From the IMG/VR virus record IMGVR_UViG_3300028048_003161: a stretch of DNA of 64,000 bases. The stretch is one strand, 5' to 3'. Made by a program: the position numbers and the translations under genes. This stretch comes from a virus (taxonomy: Duplodnaviria; Caudoviricetes). The notes beneath the pieces were generated by a model. It saw nothing but the letters and a program-made list of their open reading frames with translations. It was not told where the DNA came from and ran no database searches. How positions within the stretch are numbered: position 1 is the stretch's first letter; each line of letters begins with the position of its first letter. This document shows, in pieces, positions 40,363 to 48,760 of this stretch.

Positions 40363-41871
40363 ATGGAAAAGCAACGTAGGAAAAGAAAGAAATTCCTTCA
40401 ATTTAACGAATGGATTTCTAATATGTACCCTGAATATGTGAGACAGGCTCAGGAAAGAGCAGGTGGGGTATCACTTACAGACCTGGAGAAAGAAAATCAT
40501 AGGGCAATTCCTTTATCAAAGGAATTTACATTTCAGGTTACAGACAAATGTAATTTAGCATGTACATATTGTTATCAGATCAACAAGTCAACAAGGAGGA
40601 TGCCATTTGAAACTGCAAAGATTGCAGTTGATAAGTTATTAAGCGGCGCAGATGGGTTTGGTGATTACGTCAATCCTGAAACATCACCAGCTATTGTACT
40701 TGACTTCATTGGTGGTGAGCCTTTCTTGGAGGTTGAACTCATTGATCAGATTGTGGATTACTTTAGAGAACAAGCTATTAAGCTTAGACACCCTTGGGCA
40801 GAGAAATTTGCAATCAGCATTTGTACAAATGGAGTACTTTACAAGGATCCTAAGGTACAAAAGTTTTTGCAGAAGAATACAGCTAATTTGAGTTTGTCTG
40901 TCACAGTTGATGGAATTAAGGAACTTCATGATGCTTGTAGAATATTCCCTGATGGCAGACCTTCATATGATTTAGCTCATGGAGCAGCACTTGATTGGAT
41001 GGCTCGTGGTTATGACATGGGAAGTAAGATCACAATCGCACCTAACAACATTAAGTTTTTATCAAAGAGTCTTAAGCAAATGGTTGAGGATGGTTACTAT
41101 GACATCAATGCTAACTGTGTATACGAGGATGTTTGGAAACCTGAACATGCAACAGAACTTTACTATCAGTGTAAAGATTTCACAGACTTTATCAAAGATA
41201 AGATTGATCTGTTTGATTATAGTTTCTCACTTTTACAAGAAAGATGTGGTAACCCTCTGTTAGAGAGTGATAACAATAACTGGTGTGGTGGTACAGGAGA
41301 CATGTTAGCAGTAGATCCTGATGGAAGAATCTTCCCTTGCATCAGATATATGGAGAGTAGCCTTGGCACACAGCAGAAGCCTATTGTTATTGGTGATGTG
41401 TGGAGAGGTATTGCACAGAAACCTTGTGAGAAAGAATGTTTAGAGTGCATGGGAAAAATCACTAGACGTTCACAGTCAACAGATGAGTGCTTCTATTGTC
41501 CAATTGGACAGGGTTGTGGCTGGTGTTCAGGGTTTAATTACCAGACATTTGGTACAGTCAACAAGAGAGCAACATTTACATGTGAGATGCATAAGTCACA
41601 GGCTTTAGCATCCTGCTATTTCAATAACAGTTTTGCTTTATTAAGCGAGAGATACAAAGATTTTGCAATGGACTTATGGGTTCCTGAGCAGTGGGCAGTT
41701 CCTATGATTGGTCAGGAAGAATATGACAAGCTTGTAGGAATGTGTAGACAGCTTGGTAGGTATGTAAATGATCAGAATGCTACAATGGTTAAGATACATG
41801 CAGATGAGGGCAGCGGTGAAATTTCTGATTACATTCATAATCAGGATAAGATTGAGGTGCTGGCACGATAA
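40363..41871 (+). CDS. radical SAM/SPASM peptide maturase, CXXX-repeat target type
   Basis: TFQVTDKCNLACTYCY, FIGGEP, TNG, DG...HD..R, SPASM WCGG...G.IFPC...C..C..C...C..C...C; AGGAGA RBS before ATG 40363. Confidence 0.9.
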   Translation: MEKQRRKRKKFLQFNEWISNMYPEYVRQAQERAGGVSLTDLEKENHRAIPLSKEFTFQVTDKCNLACTYCYQINKSTRRMPFETAKIAVDKLLSGADGFGDYVNPETSPAIVLDFIGGEPFLEVELIDQIVDYFREQAIKLRHPWAEKFAISICTNGVLYKDPKVQKFLQKNTANLSLSVTVDGIKELHDACRIFPDGRPSYDLAHGAALDWMARGYDMGSKITIAPNNIKFLSKSLKQMVEDGYYDINANCVYEDVWKPEHATELYYQCKDFTDFIKDKIDLFDYSFSLLQERCGNPLLESDNNNWCGGTGDMLAVDPDGRIFPCIRYMESSLGTQQKPIVIGDVWRGIAQKPCEKECLECMGKITRRSQSTDECFYCPIGQGCGWCSGFNYQTFGTVNKRATFTCEMHKSQALASCYFNNSFALLSERYKDFAMDLWVPEQWAVPMIGQEEYDKLVGMCRQLGRYVNDQNATMVKIHADEGSGEISDYIHNQDKIEVLAR

Positions 41872-41934
41872 TAATAGGTATTAACTATTTGTTTAATAGT
41901 TAAGATATAAATAATTAAAAAGGAGATATTAAAA

Positions 41935-42606
41935 ATGAAGATTACAGAAAAGATTATCAAAGTAAGCACGGAGGATACCAATAATGTGCAGACTTTAGAC
42001 TTGAGACAGCAGGCTTTGGAGAACACAATTGTTTCGTTTGTAGAGATGCATGCACTTGATGAGACACCTGCAGTACAGGAGAGTCCTATGATGCAGAGAT
42101 ACGAAGAGCGTTATGAAGATGCTCTGATGGCGTTTGATTCAGCTAAGTCAGCAATCGCTGATAAGTACATCGACGAAGAAATGCAGAAGATCTGTTCTAA
42201 GTGGTCACTTGAGTACAACACTTGTGAGTTAAAGTGTGAGGTTTCAGAGGGATTCAAGAATGACGATGCAGCTATTAAGGATGTGATCATCACAGTTTCA
42301 GAGGAAGATGCAAAGAAGATTCATAAGCTGGACATTAAACAGCAGGCACTTCAGAATATCGTTGCTTCATTTGCAGAGATGCATGCACTTGACAGTACAT
42401 ATGCTGCTCAGGAGAGTACTATGATGCAGAGATATGAGGAAAGATATGCAGAGGCTTTAACAGCATTTGATACTGCTAAGTCAGAATTAGCAGACAAGTA
42501 TATTAGTAAAGAGATGCAGGAAGTTGTAGCTAAATGGTCATTAGAGTATGACAGCTGCGAACTTAAGTGCAAGGTACCTGCTGATTATGAGTATAAAGCA
42601 GAGTAA
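41935..42606 (+). CDS. two-domain tandem-repeat protein, CXXX-system associated
   Basis: two near-identical ~110-aa halves (QQAL.N...SF.EMHALD...MMQRYEERY...KWSLEY..CELKC). Confidence 0.75.
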   Translation: MKITEKIIKVSTEDTNNVQTLDLRQQALENTIVSFVEMHALDETPAVQESPMMQRYEERYEDALMAFDSAKSAIADKYIDEEMQKICSKWSLEYNTCELKCEVSEGFKNDDAAIKDVIITVSEEDAKKIHKLDIKQQALQNIVASFAEMHALDSTYAAQESTMMQRYEERYAEALTAFDTAKSELADKYISKEMQEVVAKWSLEYDSCELKCKVPADYEYKAE

Positions 42607-42731
42607 TAAAAGAGAGATAGACAGGACAGCTTAAATTGGTGCACATGTTGGTTTAATACTGACATGTGCATTGATTGATGTTTATAGAGAAGAGACATTA
42701 AAGGTAGACATAAGAGAGGGAGGATAAAGCA

Positions 42732-43514
42732 GTGAAAAACAAGGTATTAGCTTTATTTTTAACATTAACAATTACATCTGCAACGTTTACAGGTTGTGGA
42801 GAGGCTAAAACAGTAGTTGCACCTGTACCTAGCACTCAATCAGAAGTGCAGACAAATAATACAGAAGTTGCAGAGGTAGTCAATGAAGAGACAGAGGGTA
42901 CAGAGGTTGCTGATGAAGCACCAGTAGAAGTAAACAAAGAGTACAGGTCAATACCTGGTGGTAATCTTGTAGAAGAGGCAACTGATACATCTTCAAAATA
43001 CAAGATTCATTGGAAGTATGGCAGTTCAGACAGCAAGATTGAGTTTGAGTCAGTTTATGGAAATATTGGATCATTCAAAAATGAAGAGCAGCCAGATGAT
43101 GATGGAGTAGTTAGACTTTGTACACAGACAGACTGGGTTTCAGTTGTAGACTGGGGTGGTTCTGATGACTACACAGCTAAGGCACAGGCAAAAGATCTGA
43201 AAGCAAAAGATGCATTGAAAGCATTTGACAGTCTTAAGCCTGATTATGATAAAGCAGTGACAGATGACAGTAACAGTGACGAATTAAAGGTTTATACAGC
43301 ATTTGGTAATGCAGACAGTGCTGATGGCATTCATGGTTATGTGGTTAACATCAGGAACTTCAAACTTCACAAGTCAGCTAATGTCATTGTTGAGGGTAGA
43401 GAGGGACTTAACTACAATGATGAGTACCTGAAACAAATTGTTGATACAATGCACATTGGTACATTCGATGACACTGAGGTCGTTGAGAGTAAGAGTGATA
43501 AAAGCAGTAAATAA
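42732..43514 (+). CDS. lipoprotein
   Basis: signal with FTGC lipobox, acidic linker. Confidence 0.75.
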   Translation: MKNKVLALFLTLTITSATFTGCGEAKTVVAPVPSTQSEVQTNNTEVAEVVNEETEGTEVADEAPVEVNKEYRSIPGGNLVEEATDTSSKYKIHWKYGSSDSKIEFESVYGNIGSFKNEEQPDDDGVVRLCTQTDWVSVVDWGGSDDYTAKAQAKDLKAKDALKAFDSLKPDYDKAVTDDSNSDELKVYTAFGNADSADGIHGYVVNIRNFKLHKSANVIVEGREGLNYNDEYLKQIVDTMHIGTFDDTEVVESKSDKSSK

Positions 43515-43552
43515 TGGATTAGCAGGTAATTAAAGAGACTTGCTTAAAATAG

Positions 43553-43590
43553 AAAATGCTCAACATTTAGAATAGGTGTTGGGCATTTTT
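43553..43590 (+). terminator. rho-independent terminator
   Basis: aaaatgctcaaca...tgttgggcattttt. Confidence 0.7.
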
Positions 43591-43625
43591 GATTAAAGAG
43601 AGAAAGAAAAAGGAGGGAGGAAAAT

Positions 43626-44669
43626 ATGAAGAAGTCAAGAGTAATTAGTTTATTAACAGCTATTGTAATTGGGGCAAGCTTAACAGGTTGTGGTATGGAC
43701 TTGCACTATACAGTAGATACACAGGGTAAGACACATGAAGAGAATACAATCTACGTAACAGATGAAGAAGATAAACAGCTTGGTTTTGCTGAAAGTGCTA
43801 AGGATAAAGATAATGGCATAACCTACATGGGCACTCAAGAAGTCAATGGTAAGCAGTATAGAGTTTATCATGCAGTAGAGACAGAGAAAAACAAGGATAA
43901 GGACGCCATTAAAATTGGCGGACCTCAATTGTTTGACAAGACAGAGTTTGTAATGAGTTACAATAACTCAGGTAAGTCAGACAATGCCACAGAGTGGCAA
44001 AACGTGTATGTTAGTATGAATGATCCTGTATTGTTTACAAATGGCGAACTTTCAACTAATGGAAAGAACGTTGAGTTTAAGAATGTGCAGGATAAAAAAG
44101 GTACTGGTCTGCTTTATGTTTATACGAAGTCAGCTAAAAATGGTGTAATGCTTTCTAGTAAAAATATGAATACAGTTACATCTGAGAAGATGAAGCAGGG
44201 TGGAACAATGAATGTTACAGAGAAAAATGCAATGGTTACATCTAAAGTAGGTTATGGACTTACAAAAGATGGAACAATCAACATTGTAACTCCTGATAAG
44301 GTACAGAAGGTAACAGTGAATGGCAAGGCAGTTTCATTTAAGGGCAATAAGATTAAGCTTAGTAAGAGTGGAACATACACAGTAAAAGTAAAGACAAGGT
44401 ACTTTAATAATAAATTCAAGCTTGTGGTTGATAAAACTAGACCTACAATTACAGGTAGGATGTCAGATAAAAAGATGGATGTATCAGTGACAGATAATGA
44501 CAAAAACATGAGTGTTTATGTGGATGACAAAGCATCATTTGCAACTGCAAAGAAATTAAAGGGTGGTAAATATAATATGACAATGAAAGTCACTGGAAAT
44601 GGGAAACATACAGTAAAAGCAGTAGATTCAGCAGGAAATGTACATAAAGTTACATTTACAATTAGATAA
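43626..44669 (+). CDS. lipoprotein with C-terminal Ig-like domains
   Basis: LTGC lipobox; SGTYTV.V, DKTRPTI and G.HTV.AVD.AGN Ig-like motifs. Confidence 0.75.
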   Translation: MKKSRVISLLTAIVIGASLTGCGMDLHYTVDTQGKTHEENTIYVTDEEDKQLGFAESAKDKDNGITYMGTQEVNGKQYRVYHAVETEKNKDKDAIKIGGPQLFDKTEFVMSYNNSGKSDNATEWQNVYVSMNDPVLFTNGELSTNGKNVEFKNVQDKKGTGLLYVYTKSAKNGVMLSSKNMNTVTSEKMKQGGTMNVTEKNAMVTSKVGYGLTKDGTINIVTPDKVQKVTVNGKAVSFKGNKIKLSKSGTYTVKVKTRYFNNKFKLVVDKTRPTITGRMSDKKMDVSVTDNDKNMSVYVDDKASFATAKKLKGGKYNMTMKVTGNGKHTVKAVDSAGNVHKVTFTIR

Positions 44670-44682
44670 TGGAGAAAAGATT

Positions 44683-45687
44683 ATGAGTGATATAAAAAAT
44701 AATGGTTTAGCAGAGGATGAGGTCATTGAGGACTTCTCCTCTTCTGTAATACCAGAGGAAAATTCAAAAAAGAGCAATAAAAAGAAAGACAACAGTAAGT
44801 ATTTTAAGAAAATACTTCTGGGGATAATCATGGCACTTGTGTTGATTGGTATTGGCATATATGCAAAGAGCAATAGTGAACAAGATAAGCATATCAATGT
44901 AAGTGACAATACAGAAAGTAAAAATGGTTTGGCAGTTACAAATAATGGTGATACAGAAGTAGTTGGTGATGCTAGCACAGAAATTGTGAGTAGTACAGAG
45001 GCTACAGGCAGTGAGGACATTGATAAAATTGTAAGAAGCAACATTGTAAAAAGCAATGTACCTAAGAAAACAGTGAAAGGTACAAAGAGTAAACCTGCTA
45101 AGGCAGGTGAATGGGTAAAAGTACCTGTAACAATTAACACTAAATTAAATGATAAAGCATCATTTGATAATTACAAGTCATATGTTTATGTGAAAATGAA
45201 CAAGGTAGTTTCTGGGTATGATCAAGTTGTTGAATATATTAACAACTATAATGCTTTAAGCAACATAGTTGTAAATGTAGATAACAATGATAAAAAAGAT
45301 GTCAAGATTGCAATGTATGAGTTCGAGCTTGTGTATAATGATGAGTACCCTACTTACATGTCAAGGGATAAGATTTATGCAATGCCTGATTTGAAGTTAT
45401 CACTTAAGGGAACAGTGGATCAGCTTGATAATAGAAAACTTGACAAGAAGAAATCAAGTGATTACATTGTAGTTGGTTCTAAAATTTATAATGTGGCTGA
45501 TGCAACAAGTATTACAGATAAGCAGGTGGATGAAACAAATGGTACATCAATAAATAACAAGATAGTTTATAGGTTTGTGGTTTATGTACCTAAGGGTGCA
45601 AATAGTGACAACTATGTTGAAAAGGTTAACATTAAGATTGATAAAAACAAGCAGGATGCTTATTTTATAGGGCAAGCAATAAAGTAA
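44683..45687 (+). CDS. single-TM membrane protein with extracellular beta-rich domain
   Basis: TM at residues ~30-50, linker, PAK.GEWV start of beta domain. Confidence 0.7.
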   Translation: MSDIKNNGLAEDEVIEDFSSSVIPEENSKKSNKKKDNSKYFKKILLGIIMALVLIGIGIYAKSNSEQDKHINVSDNTESKNGLAVTNNGDTEVVGDASTEIVSSTEATGSEDIDKIVRSNIVKSNVPKKTVKGTKSKPAKAGEWVKVPVTINTKLNDKASFDNYKSYVYVKMNKVVSGYDQVVEYINNYNALSNIVVNVDNNDKKDVKIAMYEFELVYNDEYPTYMSRDKIYAMPDLKLSLKGTVDQLDNRKLDKKKSSDYIVVGSKIYNVADATSITDKQVDETNGTSINNKIVYRFVVYVPKGANSDNYVEKVNIKIDKNKQDAYFIGQAIK

Positions 45688-45711
45688 CAAGTTACGGGTG
45701 GAAATAAAGAG

Positions 45712-46476
45712 ATGTTACATTGGGATGAAAAAGATGCATTAAAAGCGTTAGGGGTTGATCAAGAAACAGAATTAAAGCAGAGGTATTTAGATTATAATGC
45801 AAATGATAGAGAGGAAATTACATCTGAATTATATTCTTTGCTTAAGAAGAATAGAGCAAAGCAGATGAGGAATAACCTGTTATACATTGCTGCAATAACT
45901 GCTATCTTTCTTTCTTGTTTTCTGGTCATCAGATATGTAAATGACTTCAGTGAATCATTACTGGCTACACAGAATATTTCAATCAGTTTCCCTTCTAGTT
46001 TGATATATGACAATGAGAGAGATAGCGGGTATCAAGCAAATTTCATTAAGGATCATAACTTAAATGATATAAGCACAGGTGCTGATGGGGCATTAGTATT
46101 AAGTCTTAATAGGGAAGATAGGGATGCATTAAGGAATTACTACAAGCAGTTAATGAATGACTATAAAGACACTTTAATTAAGGATGATAGTAATGATATT
46201 GTTAAGGTCAATATAAGTAAGGACTATAAGAAAATAACCATTACAGTGGATAGTGATGAGGTTAGCAAGCTTGATTACTTGCACAGCAGTATAGTTTATG
46301 CTCAAGTTCAGAAATATATGATTGTCAGCGGTAAAGAAATAAGTGATTACAGTGATGTTATGATTAAGAGCAGTGAGAATGGAAAAGTACTTGGAACATT
46401 GAACGATTACAGAGTAAAATTCGACGATGTAATTAGTGATTACAGCGTTGAAATTAAAAAAATTACTAAAAAATAA
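45712..46476 (+). CDS. single-TM membrane protein
   Basis: hydrophobic helix LLYIAAITAIFLSCFLVI. Confidence 0.7.
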   Translation: MLHWDEKDALKALGVDQETELKQRYLDYNANDREEITSELYSLLKKNRAKQMRNNLLYIAAITAIFLSCFLVIRYVNDFSESLLATQNISISFPSSLIYDNERDSGYQANFIKDHNLNDISTGADGALVLSLNREDRDALRNYYKQLMNDYKDTLIKDDSNDIVKVNISKDYKKITITVDSDEVSKLDYLHSSIVYAQVQKYMIVSGKEISDYSDVMIKSSENGKVLGTLNDYRVKFDDVISDYSVEIKKITKK

Positions 46477-46485
46477 TAACATTGA

Positions 46486-46517
46486 AATGTCTCACAGACC
46501 TGTTGTGAGACATTTTT
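46486..46517 (+). terminator. rho-independent terminator
   Basis: aaatgtctcaca...tgtgagacattttt. Confidence 0.8.
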
Positions 46518-46577
46518 ATATTGTAAGTATATTTAATAAATAATTTGTTTAATATAAGAAAGCGAGGATTTTTAATT

Positions 46578-47726
46578 ATGGCAAACTTAAGCATTCCAGC
46601 AGTTAGTGTAGGACAGTTCAATCAGATCGTGGAGCAGCAGATCAGAGAAGAGAACTACAGACCTATTATTGGTTTAGGCAAGGGTGGTATTGGTAAGTCT
46701 GAATCACTGGGAGACCTGGCAAAGAGACTTGGTATTGGATATATTGACTTAAGACTTCTGTTATATACAGAGACAGACTTAAAGGGTATTCCTTATCCTA
46801 GCGTTGATCATAAGAAAACAGTCTGGCTGACAAATGATATTTTACCTCAGTTTGATGCAGAGCATCCTGAAAACAGCAGAGATCCTGAAAGAGGAATTCT
46901 TGTACTTGATGAAGTTACATCAGCAAGTAAGAGTGTAAGAACAGCAGCTTATCAGCTCCTGCAGGAAAGAAAGTTAAATGACTATGTACTTCCTGAGAAA
47001 TGGCTTGTAGTATGTATTGGAAATGGTGAGGACGATGGCGGTGAGTACAATGGTATCGAGCCTAACTTTGCTAACAGGTGCTCTGTTTATGAGGTAGTTG
47101 CAAAGTTTGATGAGTGGAAAACATGGGCGGTTGCACATGGGGTAAATCCTATGGTCATTGCTTATCTGAATACTAACAATCAGGATTTTCACAACTTCAA
47201 CCCTGATTCTGATACAGACCTTGTGTTTGCATCGCCTCGTTCATGGAAGGCAGTAAGCGACATTCTGAATATGAATGAGTTCAATCCTGAAAATGAAGTG
47301 TTACTTGCAAGAATGGAAGCTAACGTAGGTAGTGGTCCAGTTGTAGCATTTAAAACTTTCATGGAGTACAAAAATCAGATGCTGAATACAGATGCTATTT
47401 TGGCAGGAGATTTTCCTGAGGTTGATAACATTCCTAATGAGGTTCTGTACATTACCTTAACAAACTTAAGCAGTAAGATGGCAGAGATTTTTGAGAGATG
47501 CCAGAAGAAGGGTGGCTTTGATGATGTGGCTCTGCATCAGGTAGGAAATGCAGTACGTTGGGTACTTGATCCTGATAGACCTAAGGAGTTCAGTGCTATG
47601 GCAGTAAATGACCTTATCAGATCAAATAAGGATGCATTTACAAGTTTATTAGGAAGTCAGCAGTTTAAGAATATCTGTCCTGAACTTAGTAACTTTGCAT
47701 GTACTAACAGAAACATCTACAGATAA
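46578..47726 (+). CDS. MoxR/AAA_5-like ATPase (usual partner of DUF2201-vWA proteins)
   Basis: GKGGIGKS, DL.G.PYP, LVLDE, GN, ANR, SPRSW. Confidence 0.88.
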   Translation: MANLSIPAVSVGQFNQIVEQQIREENYRPIIGLGKGGIGKSESLGDLAKRLGIGYIDLRLLLYTETDLKGIPYPSVDHKKTVWLTNDILPQFDAEHPENSRDPERGILVLDEVTSASKSVRTAAYQLLQERKLNDYVLPEKWLVVCIGNGEDDGGEYNGIEPNFANRCSVYEVVAKFDEWKTWAVAHGVNPMVIAYLNTNNQDFHNFNPDSDTDLVFASPRSWKAVSDILNMNEFNPENEVLLARMEANVGSGPVVAFKTFMEYKNQMLNTDAILAGDFPEVDNIPNEVLYITLTNLSSKMAEIFERCQKKGGFDDVALHQVGNAVRWVLDPDRPKEFSAMAVNDLIRSNKDAFTSLLGSQQFKNICPELSNFACTNRNIYR

Positions 47727-47743
47727 GATCAACAGGTGAGAGC

Positions 47744-48721
47744 ATGAGACTTAGGGTTCATAGCAGTAAGAAAGTAAAAACTACAGAGAAACAAAAGAAG
47801 ATCAACAGTGAGAAAAAGGCTAAAGGGCCTAAGATTTCTAAGAACTACAGGGATATTTCAATCCCTGTGGCATCTGGAAATGGAGAGGTCAAGGCTGATT
47901 TAACACAGCTAACATATGGAATGATTGATAACTGCGACTTGATTTCTGTTTATACAGAGGATGGAACAGTTGAACTTACAGGAAGTTGGATTGAACTTAT
48001 TATTTCAATGATGGACACTATAATTAGTGATAATCCTGATAAGTTTAGAGAGATCTTCATGGAAAACGAAGTAACAAGTCCAGAAATGAATGTAGACAGC
48101 ACTTATGGAAAGTACACATTTGACTCAAGAGAGCAGTACAAAGTTTATAGTATCTACAACTCGGGTTATTATTTAGAAGCAATATTTAATAATTCGAATA
48201 TCTTTTCAGCAATTGTAGGTCTCACTAAGGCTTTGAGGATACCACTTAATTTAATTAAGTTCAACATGGTATTAAAGGGAGCAGATTTGAGTAAACTTGG
48301 TACTGACATTATTGAAGATAATAGCAGACAGGTGGATGTAGATGATATAAACATTGTTGCTAGAAATGGTGTATTTTTGAGAAAGGTATCAATACTTGGT
48401 ATTGTTGTTGATGTTCGTAGGTTAGATGTTGCACTCCTTATTGTTTTGAAAATAATCAGTAAGGTTTATGGAGATACATTATTTGATGATTTGCAGACAG
48501 TAGGAAATACAGGAATATGCAAGGAAAGTGATTGTATTGAGGATAAATATGAAAAGATAGACAATACAGATTATGTGGTTTATACAGATGGAAACGTGAA
48601 TGACATAACCGATATGCTCATACAGATAAGAAATGCACTGGCACTAGACAGTGACCTGTTTAATTTCACAATAAGGACACTTAAGAAAAAGAGTGAACTT
48701 AAGGAATATGAAGTAGACTAA
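47744..48721 (+). CDS. hypothetical protein with two internal repeats, possibly SeqA C-terminal-like
   Basis: IYNSGYYLEA...I...I..L and IDNTDYVVYT...I...L..I repeats. Confidence 0.5.
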   Translation: MRLRVHSSKKVKTTEKQKKINSEKKAKGPKISKNYRDISIPVASGNGEVKADLTQLTYGMIDNCDLISVYTEDGTVELTGSWIELIISMMDTIISDNPDKFREIFMENEVTSPEMNVDSTYGKYTFDSREQYKVYSIYNSGYYLEAIFNNSNIFSAIVGLTKALRIPLNLIKFNMVLKGADLSKLGTDIIEDNSRQVDVDDINIVARNGVFLRKVSILGIVVDVRRLDVALLIVLKIISKVYGDTLFDDLQTVGNTGICKESDCIEDKYEKIDNTDYVVYTDGNVNDITDMLIQIRNALALDSDLFNFTIRTLKKKSELKEYEVD

Positions 48722-48760
48722 AGAGAGGCAGTTAGAAAGAAGAGGAGGCATTGATAGAAA

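Noticed and set aside
31500-41920. T4-like late promoter TATAAATA (seen at about 31512 and 41906)
   Set aside because: Expected by chance in such AT-rich leaders and not consistently present before other operons.
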